From IMG/VR virus record IMGVR_UViG_3300032327_000996, positions 1 to 31,091 of that record: a stretch of 31,091 bases of DNA; one strand, written 5' to 3'. Source of the DNA: a virus (Duplodnaviria; Caudoviricetes). Shown here one piece after another: positions 7,151-14,654 of this stretch. The notes under the pieces were generated by a model. That model saw only the letters and a list, made by a program, of their open reading frames with translations, had not been told where the DNA came from and did not search any database. Position 1 is the first letter of the stretch. Every line of letters begins with the position of its first letter. The position numbers and the translations under genes are program-made.

Positions 7151-7714
7151 ATGACTATTTACTATGCACATCTAAATTTACTAGACATAGACCCAATCAT
7201 TGGAGATAAAAATAAGTTAATGAAAAATTATCAATCACTGATTGATAACAATGATTTAAATCCTAAACTTATTGATATTATGGACAACGTGGGTATTAAA
7301 ATACCGCGTGCCGAGTCATTCTATTCTAAACCATTTTATCTTCAACAAATCCATACTGACAATTTAGGCGGAGACTATATTAAATTAAATTACGTTTATA
7401 GTGGATTCAATAGTACTATGAGCTGGTACTCTGTAAAAGATAGTCAACATAAATTAGATATTCGCTACACACCTGACTTACATACCGAGTTTATTCACTT
7501 TAAATACCATGATGTTGAACTGGTAGATCGTGTTAAAATAGGAGCACGTTCTACTTTAGTACAAGTAGGGTGCCCGCATAGTATAACAAACGGCAATGAA
7601 TATAGGTTATGTGTGTCACTTATTTTAATAGATAAAAATACCGGTGCCCGACTATCAATGTCTGATGCAGTTAATAGATTGTCACAGTATATCGGACAAA
7701 TTGGTGCTCCATGA
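7151..7714 (+). CDS. Cupin/2OG-Fe(II) oxygenase-like phage protein
   Basis: QIHTD...KLNYVY...LVQVGCPHSITN...RLCVSL; TAAATA 4 nt upstream. Confidence 0.65.
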   Translation: MTIYYAHLNLLDIDPIIGDKNKLMKNYQSLIDNNDLNPKLIDIMDNVGIKIPRAESFYSKPFYLQQIHTDNLGGDYIKLNYVYSGFNSTMSWYSVKDSQHKLDIRYTPDLHTEFIHFKYHDVELVDRVKIGARSTLVQVGCPHSITNGNEYRLCVSLILIDKNTGARLSMSDAVNRLSQYIGQIGAP

Positions 7715-7779
7715 CAGAATCGAACCGAGAACACTTTTCCTTTTGAGAAAAGCGACTTTGCCAATTTGTCCACAAAGGC
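7702..7779 (-). pseudogene. Chimeric tRNA-Leu(CAA) with a foreign 3' end
   Basis: Leu-like 5' half and CTCAAAA loop, but acceptor GCCTTTG/ATGGAGC and T-stem CTCGG/CTGTC pair poorly. Confidence 0.7.
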
Positions 7780-7780
7780 A

Positions 7781-7873
7781 TTAACTTTTTGTATCAATAT
7801 TTTGACCCTTATCTAGATAAGAGTCAATTAGACCTTTGTATGTGTATGTTACACATTCATAAAAAACTTTATT
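7781..7873. repeat. 93-bp direct repeat, copy 2
   Basis: Matches 7005-7097 with one mismatch. Confidence 0.9.
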
Positions 7874-7963
7874 AGTTTTTGGGTCTTGTACCTGTGTATA
7901 TACATCAGTGCGGACATTATCACGCACATTAGACACTAATCGTTGTATAGATTGAATTATCAT
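7781..7963 (-). CDS. Small hypothetical protein (60 aa)
   Basis: TAAATA 4 nt upstream of the ATG; its 3' half is duplicated at 7005-7097. Confidence 0.6.
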   Translation of the reverse strand: MIIQSIQRLVSNVRDNVRTDVYTQVQDPKTNKVFYECVTYTYKGLIDSYLDKGQNIDTKS

Positions 7964-7979
7964 GATGTATTTATTACTA

Positions 7980-8075
7980 TACCATATAGAAACACACTTG
8001 TTTGGATTCGAACCTTGTTCTAGTATTGTCTATCTGCGCTTCCCACAGTGCTGACAAGAGTGTTTTTATATGGTA
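7980..8075 (-). ncRNA. AAACAC/GTGTGTTT long-stem element, copy 2 (contains GGTTCGAATCC)
   Basis: TACCATATAAAAACACTCTTGT pairs with ACAAGTGTGTTTCTATATGGTA. Confidence 0.6.
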
Positions 8076-8144
8076 GGGGTGCTCGGGAACGATCCGAGTT
8101 TTACTGGTTAAAAGCCAGTTACTTCACCTTAAAGTTTCACCCCC
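8071..8144 (-). tRNA. tRNA-Lys(UUU) with atypical T-loop
   Basis: ACTGG-CTTTTAA-CCAGT; T-arm CTCGG-ATCGTTC-CCGAG; CCA. Confidence 0.88.
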
Positions 8145-8203
8145 ATAAGTCGTATGTTTGATTTTATGTGCCAATCATAGACCTACGGGAGTCTATGACG
8201 ACA

Positions 8204-8224
8204 CTATCGCTTACTGCGCTTCAT
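8204..8224 (-). CDS. Mini-ORF MKRSKR(amber) followed by a hairpin
   Basis: Own promoter, AAGGAA SD, ATG, TAG stop, then stem TCATAGAC/GTCTATGA (8168-8204). Confidence 0.5.
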   Translation of the reverse strand: MKRSKR

Positions 8225-8243
8225 ATCGTTTCCTTAAAAATGT

Positions 8244-8272
8244 ATTGTAACAGACAATTTAATTATTGTCAA
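8244..8272 (-). promoter_or_regulatory. sigma70 promoter
   Basis: TTGACA-N17-TACAAT. Confidence 0.75.
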
Positions 8273-8276
8273 ATTT

Positions 8277-8353
8277 TGGTGCGACCTAAGAGATTCGAAC
8301 TCCTGACCCCTTGGTTCGTAGCCAAGTACTCTATCCAACTGAGCTAAGGTCGC
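8277..8353 (-). tRNA. tRNA-Arg(ACG)
   Basis: CTTGG-CTACGAA-CCAAG, A20, CCA; first tRNA of the array in transcription order. Confidence 0.96.
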
Positions 8354-8431
8354 ATTCTAAAACACACTGTCATCACCACCATACTTCTCCGTTTTACAGG
8401 AGCTATGTCTGTACTGTGTGTTTTAGAATGC
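8352..8431 (-). ncRNA. AAACAC/GTGTGTTT long-stem element, copy 3
   Basis: Perfect 16-bp inverted repeat GCATTCTAAAACACAC/GTGTGTTTTAGAATGC. Confidence 0.6.
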
Positions 8432-8448
8432 CGTGTATTATTACACGA

Positions 8449-8571
8449 CATGATAGGGTTGATACCCTACCCAGTGATTTTACAATCTATGTTACCGCCA
8501 CAGATTTCATCCTACTGTCCGCCCGTTTGTTACACTTATGCGCTGTATGCCGGCCCTCGTTGCCTATCACG
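8449..8571 (-). ncRNA. Candidate ~123-nt structured ncRNA
   Basis: Terminal CGTGATAGG/CCTATCATG; inner AATCTGTG/CATAGATT hairpin; GC-rich. Confidence 0.45.
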
Positions 8572-8576
8572 CACTA

Positions 8577-8747
8577 TCAACTTTCTTTAACTAAAGTTTT
8601 CACTTTGTTAATAGACCGTTGATAGATTTTTGCACGTTCAATCTTGTTACGGATCAATTGTGCGACTTGTTCTTTTGATAATTCATGATTGCTAAACCAA
8701 TCACGTTTGTCATCAGAAGAAGTTTTGTATTCTATTTTTTTGTCCAT
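8577..8747 (-). CDS. Small basic protein (56 aa, MDKKIEYKTSSDDKRDWFSN...), first ORF after the attenuator
   Basis: Open frame ATG 8747 to TGA 8577 translated by hand; below the ORF-track cutoff; weak SD. Confidence 0.55.
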   Translation of the reverse strand: MDKKIEYKTSSDDKRDWFSNHELSKEQVAQLIRNKIERAKIYQRSINKVKTLVKES

Positions 8748-8784
8748 TTATTGTCAAATTTCCCTTTGTTGTTTTTAAACAACA
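8729..8784 (-). promoter_or_regulatory. sigma70 promoter with an upstream palindrome
   Basis: TTGACA-N17-TAGAAT (8757-8729); TGTTG-N8-CAACA at 8767-8784. Confidence 0.6.
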
Positions 8785-8785
8785 C

Positions 8786-8827
8786 AAAAACAAAAACCCC
8801 TGAGACTTTTTAGTTTCCCAGGGGTTT
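8786..8827 (-). terminator. Intrinsic terminator (attenuator terminator)
   Basis: 12-bp stem AAACCCCTGGGA/TCTCAGGGGTTT followed by TTGTTTTTG. Confidence 0.85.
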
Positions 8828-8888
8828 CTTAGATTTGTTAGAGTAGTTACTTAAGTATAACTTTCTCCTTCTATGAAACTCCCCGGAA
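8816..8888 (-). promoter_or_regulatory. Antiterminator hairpin, mutually exclusive with the terminator
   Basis: TTCCGGGGAGTTTCATAG (8888-8871) pairs with CTAAGAAACCCCTGGGA (8832-8816), about 16 bp; the leader stop codon sits at the apex. Confidence 0.7.
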
Positions 8889-9024
8889 TTTTCGCATCAT
8901 AATTAAATTCTGAACTGCGAATACTCGGTGTGGACATGTTACCCCCAAAGGCCAACACTGGTGTCAAAGAGGCTATCTGCCACTGACCCGTATGTTTTAG
9001 CGATTGAATGCAAATGCTTTTCAT
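8851..9024 (-). CDS. Putative attenuator leader peptide (57 aa) containing all 20 amino acids
   Basis: MKSICIQSLKHTGQWQ...ESYT; 36 distinct codons; TAAATA at 9033-9038; alternative in-frame GTG start at 9081. Confidence 0.65.
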   Translation of the reverse strand: MKSICIQSLKHTGQWQIASLTPVLAFGGNMSTPSIRSSEFNYDAKIPGSFIEGESYT

Positions 9025-9101
9025 AGTAAATCTATTTAGTCCTGGTTGTAAATTAATGCAAATAACTATTGTTTTTTGCACCTTTTCTCAATTCATGCTG
9101 A

Positions 9102-9227
9102 AGTATAGCAGAGAAATGAATTAGTGTCAACACTTTTTTCAACTATCTGCCCAAACTTCAAAAATTTTTTTTGCTCTGATTTTTCTGAACAGGTGTGTAA
9201 TATATATGCCTTTTGAATTGTTGTCAA
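9102..9227 (-). promoter_or_regulatory. Two sigma70 promoters upstream of the leader
   Basis: TTGACA-N17-TATACT (9130-9102) and TTGACA-N17-TATATT (9227-9199). Confidence 0.7.
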
Positions 9228-9300
9228 CAAATATTTTTCAAGATGTTACCAAAAAATAAAAAAATACATACGACTACTAATAAATACAAAAAGGTCATAT

Positions 9301-9939
9301 ATGTACAACGTAAGAATTTTAAACGAGTCTGATATACCAATGATAATAGAACTTTACAACCTTTGCCTTGAGTGGCGTAGCCCGTTTCAATCACTATCTA
9401 GATGGGATTTTTGGACTAATCACACTCATCTAGAGGAAAAAATGTCAGATGGTAGGACTGTAATCTTTGGTGCCTTCAAAAATGATGAATTAATTGCGCT
9501 TACAATGGGTGAATACTGGAAAGAGTTACCAATCTGGTTCTACGGTGGCATGATTACTAAAGTGCGTACTCTTAGATTTGATGTGCAAGAAAACGGATTG
9601 GCAGAACTTTTAGTAGCATCCGTAAATTATGCTGAAGAATTAGGCTATTATACTTTTTATTTCTTAGTTTCTGAGAGACAAGATAAATACTATACACACA
9701 ATATGTTATCAGATGATAAGATAAAAGAAATTATTGATGATTATTTAGTGGTGTATGAAGATTCAATTGAAGGTGCAGCTAAATCAAAATGGCCGGCTAT
9801 CCAAAGAATTTTTGACAAAAGAAGTACTGATAACATATCAGGTAAATGGTATGTAAAATGTGTTATAGCAAATAATAACCGAAGAAAAATAAACAAAAAG
9901 GAAGAAGGATGGATGTTAAGTCAGAATGCATTAAATTAA
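9301..9939 (+). CDS. GNAT-fold acyltransferase-like protein
   Basis: VRILNESDIPMIIEL...IFGAFKNDELIA...LL.ASVNYAEELGY pattern; fold inferred by eye. Confidence 0.55.
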   Translation: MYNVRILNESDIPMIIELYNLCLEWRSPFQSLSRWDFWTNHTHLEEKMSDGRTVIFGAFKNDELIALTMGEYWKELPIWFYGGMITKVRTLRFDVQENGLAELLVASVNYAEELGYYTFYFLVSERQDKYYTHNMLSDDKIKEIIDDYLVVYEDSIEGAAKSKWPAIQRIFDKRSTDNISGKWYVKCVIANNNRRKINKKEEGWMLSQNALN

Positions 9940-10151
9940 TTAATAATAATTTAACCATTGATTCTAGTAGACTATTCGCCGGCGAGTCTTGGAAAGAATT
10001 AAATATAGATAGTCTCTCTACATATGATATTATCGTAAGTGTCGAGGAAAAATTTAATTTGAGAATATCCGACCAAGAACTAAAAAATATTAACACCCCG
10101 ATCGAATTGGTTAAGTTGATTGAATCTAAGATTGAAGGGAAAAAATTATGA
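9909..10151 (+). CDS. acpP: Acyl carrier protein
   Basis: 80 aa, ELNIDSL phosphopantetheine site, VEEKFNLRISD...I.T pattern. Confidence 0.88.
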   Translation: MDVKSECIKLINNNLTIDSSRLFAGESWKELNIDSLSTYDIIVSVEEKFNLRISDQELKNINTPIELVKLIESKIEGKKL

Positions 10152-10501
10152 AAAAAATGGATATTATTTTACAAATACCAGATGTCACCTATGAACCGTA
10201 TCCTAGTAGTTTTATGAACGGATGGTATAAACGTGCGATTGAAGCCGGCATTGTGGGTACTCCTGTGTGTGATTGGACAGAGTTTTTACCTCTTACTAAG
10301 AATGTTACTGAAGAATTGGTAACATTAGGTTATTTGATTAAAGTTGAGTACATCTATCTTGATTATACTATTTTACAGATAGAGTTTTATTACGATACAG
10401 ATGAAAACTTAGCGAGGGCTAAGGAATATCTAACTGAAAAAACCGGCATTGTGTTCGAATCAGTTAAGACTGATATTGTTGAGCTATTGTTACTATCTTA
10501 A
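10148..10501 (+). CDS. Hypothetical protein coupled to ACP
   Basis: ATGA overlap with the ACP stop; no recognised motif. Confidence 0.7.
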   Translation: MKKMDIILQIPDVTYEPYPSSFMNGWYKRAIEAGIVGTPVCDWTEFLPLTKNVTEELVTLGYLIKVEYIYLDYTILQIEFYYDTDENLARAKEYLTEKTGIVFESVKTDIVELLLLS

Positions 10502-11415
10502 TAATTAGGTACATTAACGAAGAATAGATCGCCAGATGCTTTTCCGGCGTATATATTTGCTACATCGTTTTGTGAACTTGGATAAGTATTTAATAGATAC
10601 TTATGTACATTATATCTCAATGGTTGTATATCATCGCTTATGTATGACTCAAACCCAGTAATCTTGGGTCTTTCTACCAGTCCAAGACTAGTGAAAAATT
10701 TATTTTTCACCGCATAATGTTCTTCTTTGCCAGGCATAGTTAAATTTTTCCAGCATTGGTCGTATACACTATACCATATTTCTTTAGTATATGCATGGTA
10801 TCGTATAAAGTTATCTAATTTTTTGTGTTTACTATATGTTATTAAACTAAAAATTTGTTCTTCAAATTGCCAAACTTTAATGTCATCATTAAACTCAATA
10901 GCCTGATCTCCATGACCGCTGATTACTATACCATTGATATCCCGTAACCCTCTCATGTATGCAAGATTGTATTGATAATTACAGTGTGTTATTTCAGCAT
11001 ATTCTTTGAATTCACCAGACTTATAAAAATCAACTAAATCAAATGATATAACTCGATGGGGTATGTTATATTCGTCACATAGTTTTTTAGCCATTATCAT
11101 ATCTGGTTGATTCATGTTATTACCAAAATCAAACGTGATTGCTGTAAATTTTACTCCATCTTCTGCCATAGTTTTAGCAATCACTTGACTGTCATAGCCC
11201 CCACTTAGCATAACAAATATTTCCGATCCGCATGAGTTTTTTTGTATTTTTAGATTATTAAACCTAAAGGCTTCTCTTGCAGGTAATACATAATCACTAG
11301 AGTAATTCTCAAAGTCTACAAAAAATTTATCAGAGGCTGATGTTCTTTTGACTTTCGTGTAGTCGTTGTTGTACCCATATCTAAACCAATTATCAATAAA
11401 TAATTCCACTAGCAT
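10498..11415 (-). CDS. PP-loop ATP pyrophosphatase (QueC/asparagine synthase-like)
   Basis: VMLSGGYDS, AKKLCDEYNIPHRVI, ISGHGD. Confidence 0.8.
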   Translation of the reverse strand: MLVELFIDNWFRYGYNNDYTKVKRTSASDKFFVDFENYSSDYVLPAREAFRFNNLKIQKNSCGSEIFVMLSGGYDSQVIAKTMAEDGVKFTAITFDFGNNMNQPDMIMAKKLCDEYNIPHRVISFDLVDFYKSGEFKEYAEITHCNYQYNLAYMRGLRDINGIVISGHGDQAIEFNDDIKVWQFEEQIFSLITYSKHKKLDNFIRYHAYTKEIWYSVYDQCWKNLTMPGKEEHYAVKNKFFTSLGLVERPKITGFESYISDDIQPLRYNVHKYLLNTYPSSQNDVANIYAGKASGDLFFVNVPNY

Positions 11416-11753
11416 TCCTCTAATATTATAATAGCGGTTACCATATCACCTTCATCTGATAATGATGCGTGTATTTTGACATTTACGTTTTTGATTGTCA
11501 CTTGCGGTCTACCATAAGAGTCTCGCACCAGTTCAGCATTTTTCCAACTAATAGTAGATTGTAAATTTTCAGGCAAGGCTTTGTACAATGCCTCTTTAAC
11601 TGCCCATGTTTTTGCCAACATTGTTGATTTTAACGATATTGGCAAATTTTTGTATTCATTGTATTCGTAGGCTGTCATTATTTTTTCTGCTAACCTATTT
11701 TTATTACTGAATCTTTTTATATCAGTAAGATCAATTCCTATACCTATTATCAT
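11409..11753 (-). CDS. acpS: Holo-ACP synthase (4'-phosphopantetheinyl transferase)
   Basis: MIIGIGID...WAVKEALYKAL...GRP...SLSD; start 11753 overlaps the desaturase stop. Confidence 0.93.
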   Translation of the reverse strand: MIIGIGIDLTDIKRFSNKNRLAEKIMTAYEYNEYKNLPISLKSTMLAKTWAVKEALYKALPENLQSTISWKNAELVRDSYGRPQVTIKNVNVKIHASLSDEGDMVTAIIILEEC

Positions 11754-12544
11754 ACTTTCAAAAACGGTAAAAATATTTTGCAAGGATCGAATTCCCACCA
11801 TTTTCCACTAATAGATGTGCCAAAATCAAATGACTTGGGATCATAGTGATGGTTGTTATGCCAACCTTGTCCCCATCCTAAGTATCCTAAAACAATGTTG
11901 TTGTGAGAATTATCAGGTGTTTCAAAGTTTCTATATCCTATAATAGCTTTCCAGTGACCAAATAAGTTAGTTAAGTTATCTTGAAGCAATGATATTGCAG
12001 TTGGTAAACATACTAACATTAAACTTAGTTTCCAATCGATGAGTGCTATCAATACTGGCACTCCCCATAAAATCTTAAATTGATTATTATGAAACCATAT
12101 ATGATTAGATTTTCTAAGAAGGTTGGCAGCATACTTCATATTAAAACCTAAATTATTTTGAGTTATTTTAGTTGTCCAGGTAAAAAAGGCATAGAATTTT
12201 CCATGAATAGGACTATGTAAATCTTTTAATGTGTCACTATATTTGTGATGATATCCTCGATGAATCGCTGACCATACCAATGATGAGCCCTGACCACTTA
12301 ATGTACCAAAAAACAACAAAGTATTTTCTTTCCACCTAGGAAGATTAGGATGAGTATTATGTGAAAATACACGATGATACCCTACTGCTACTCCCAATCC
12401 TGCAATAAACACCCAGCCAATAAAAGATAGTATGAGATACCACCGTGGTATAACTCCTATAATGAGTAACCCAATTGTTAGTATACCTAAACTAATCATA
12501 GGCACAAAACTTAACCAAGAATATTTTGAGATATTATCGAACAT
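11750..12544 (-). CDS. Membrane fatty-acid (delta-9-like) desaturase
   Basis: His boxes HRVFSH, HRGYHH and HNNHH; D..D.HSP; WWEFDP; TM segments. Confidence 0.93.
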   Translation of the reverse strand: MFDNISKYSWLSFVPMISLGILTIGLLIIGVIPRWYLILSFIGWVFIAGLGVAVGYHRVFSHNTHPNLPRWKENTLLFFGTLSGQGSSLVWSAIHRGYHHKYSDTLKDLHSPIHGKFYAFFTWTTKITQNNLGFNMKYAANLLRKSNHIWFHNNQFKILWGVPVLIALIDWKLSLMLVCLPTAISLLQDNLTNLFGHWKAIIGYRNFETPDNSHNNIVLGYLGWGQGWHNNHHYDPKSFDFGTSISGKWWEFDPCKIFLPFLKV

Positions 12545-12559
12545 GCTATTATTTATTCT

Positions 12560-13156
12560 TTACAATCGACCTGCGTTATAAACAGTGTCTCTATATTGTT
12601 GTTTAACAAAAGTACATCGTACTACAGTGTCTACTGGAATCAAAGTTCGGTTGTATAAAATTTGCCAGTGCAAATTGAATTTGCATTGATGTTTAACAGG
12701 TACGTAGAATTCATCAAAATAATCATACCGTTCGTTAGCCCAATCACTAAAAATGAATCTGCGAAGGGAAGGGGCGTGTTTTGTTGACCAAAGTGTGTAG
12801 AACTTAAATCGTCCATTTGATTCGTTGTATTTCATTGCGGTATCTAACAAATCTTTTACTGTTTGTCTATTACCAATATTTCTAATATTAGTTGCGTACC
12901 AACTAGCATCGTCAGATGATTCATAAAATGATAGCAATGCTACAATAGTACCATTATCATCCATAGCACCGTATGCATGAAAACTACTGAGATCAGACAA
13001 ATAAGTATTACAAAAAGATTCGTGGTAAAAATTTACAGGGTTTTCAGATGGATCTAAAAAATACTTAGAAGTTATCTCCGAACCCATATATTTGTTATTC
13101 TCAAATAACGGCAATATTTTATCTTTATGTGCAGAATTTAGTTTAATTATTTCCAT
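12560..13156 (-). CDS. GNAT-fold protein, likely paralog of 9301-9939
   Basis: AYGAMDDNGTIVA...LLDTAMKYNESNGRFKFYTL. Confidence 0.5.
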   Translation of the reverse strand: MEIIKLNSAHKDKILPLFENNKYMGSEITSKYFLDPSENPVNFYHESFCNTYLSDLSSFHAYGAMDDNGTIVALLSFYESSDDASWYATNIRNIGNRQTVKDLLDTAMKYNESNGRFKFYTLWSTKHAPSLRRFIFSDWANERYDYFDEFYVPVKHQCKFNLHWQILYNRTLIPVDTVVRCTFVKQQYRDTVYNAGRL

Positions 13157-14072
13157 ATGTTCCTCTTAACATTTGTAATGTAGTTTCAAAATTGATACCA
13201 TCTAAACTTGCTTCTAAGCGTTGAATTTGTTTTTCCGGTATTCGTCGTAATGCTTCTAAATTAAATCCTAACAATTTTTCAAACCCGTGTGTTTTTTTAC
13301 GTACGGTCAACCCAATATCAGGCAACAATCTTTTAAGAATGTCATTTTTAATAGAAAAAGATGATAGTTTATAATTATATTTTTCGCTAACTAAACTAAT
13401 AATTGATGGATCTTCTAAATAGTATAGCATTGCTTCAGGAGTATAGCTAAACCATTCATTGACTAATGGAATATTATACTTTAATGAAAAACGCATTGCA
13501 CTTGCATCTTCATTTTCTCTAAACACATAGTTCCAACATGATGGGTCTACTTGAATATTACGTCTAAGTAATACTTCTCCCCCCATCACTGCAGGCGATG
13601 ACATTTTTTTTATTTGTTCATACACCATCAAATATGTAATCTGAGAACACTGTATATTATCTCCCAAATCTTGAGCTTTACCGCTGTAAAAATAGTCCTT
13701 AATATCTATATCAACTATTGTACAATCTAAATCTAATTCTTTTGCAATATTGATTGCCAAGTTAACGTCATACTCGTTATAACCCGGTAATCTAATAGTA
13801 ATACATTTTGGCTTGAACCCAATTGATATAAAATTTCTTGCAACAATTTCACTATCTGTGCCACCACTAAGAAATAATACAATGTCTTTTCCTAGTTGTT
13901 GATAAACCAAATCAGATATTCTTCTTAATTCACTAGATAAGTTATTATTTCGATAGTGGTCTATATCAATAGATCCTAAATTCACGTTAAATTTTTCAAA
14001 TGAATTTTCTCTAGTACCAAATTCTCTTCCGCCAATGAAGTATTTTAAATGATTATTGTAAGTGAAGTGCAT
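13143..14072 (-). CDS. Second PP-loop ATP pyrophosphatase
   Basis: LFLSGGTDS; DYFYSG and RKKTHGFE parallel DFYKSG and RPKITGFE of 10498-11415. Confidence 0.8.
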   Translation of the reverse strand: MHFTYNNHLKYFIGGREFGTRENSFEKFNVNLGSIDIDHYRNNNLSSELRRISDLVYQQLGKDIVLFLSGGTDSEIVARNFISIGFKPKCITIRLPGYNEYDVNLAINIAKELDLDCTIVDIDIKDYFYSGKAQDLGDNIQCSQITYLMVYEQIKKMSSPAVMGGEVLLRRNIQVDPSCWNYVFRENEDASAMRFSLKYNIPLVNEWFSYTPEAMLYYLEDPSIISLVSEKYNYKLSSFSIKNDILKRLLPDIGLTVRKKTHGFEKLLGFNLEALRRIPEKQIQRLEASLDGINFETTLQMLRGTYGNN

Positions 14073-14649
14073 TTTTAAATTCTTTTTCTAGTATGTCAAA
14101 AGTTTCTCCGAAGCCATACGTTATTAAATATCTAGGTTGGTCATTCAAACTTTCAACTGAGTGATATTGATTAGTGTTCATTAAATATGCATGACCTTCT
14201 GTTACTGTAATAACAGAATGATTATTATTAAAATTAGATTTTATCCCGTCATTACTTATTTTGGTAAGTGATCCGGAACTATTTCGCACGCCTATATTAA
14301 TACATGTGTTTCTACCAGCTTCATCTTTATGACAAATAATACTTCCTTTTGTCCTAATAAAATGAATTCTTTCTATTTGAACTTTCCTATTATTCGGGAA
14401 TACAGAACTAAGGATGCCGCGTACTTTTTCTACCATTTCTCTTAAAATAGGATGCTTAAATGTATGCCTAGAAAATGATATTGACCCAGTAACATTTCCC
14501 TCATTCTGGTATTCCATCCAACAAGGGTAATCTGGTATTATAAAATCATTACCGTATTTGTGAACAACCGTTTCTAATTTTTCAGCTTCATCTGTATATA
14601 GCTGAAATTCATACGGGTCTATTAATTTTCCTAAAGGTAGTAGTTCCAT
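14053..14649 (-). CDS. 2OG-Fe(II)/Asp-Asn beta-hydroxylase-like oxygenase
   Basis: HKD...INI...AYLMNTNQYHSVE...PR. Confidence 0.75.
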   Translation of the reverse strand: MELLPLGKLIDPYEFQLYTDEAEKLETVVHKYGNDFIIPDYPCWMEYQNEGNVTGSISFSRHTFKHPILREMVEKVRGILSSVFPNNRKVQIERIHFIRTKGSIICHKDEAGRNTCINIGVRNSSGSLTKISNDGIKSNFNNNHSVITVTEGHAYLMNTNQYHSVESLNDQPRYLITYGFGETFDILEKEFKNALHLQ

Positions 14650-14654
14650 ATTAA

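Noticed and set aside
8183-8206. Amber recoding (code 15) suggested by in-frame TAGs
   Set aside because: No CUA suppressor tRNA is in the window, conserved genes are intact in code 11, and several end in TAG (1750, 11409, 14655).
9301-9939. LuxI-type acyl-homoserine lactone synthase (ACP and MetK are nearby)
   Set aside because: The conserved LuxI N-terminal R..F...W...E.D..D pattern is not recognisable.
10498-14072. queC/7-deazaguanine pathway or TilS
   Set aside because: No QueC C-terminal Cys cluster, no TilS H..D..ET motif, and no queD, queE or folE in the window; only the PP-loop is shared.
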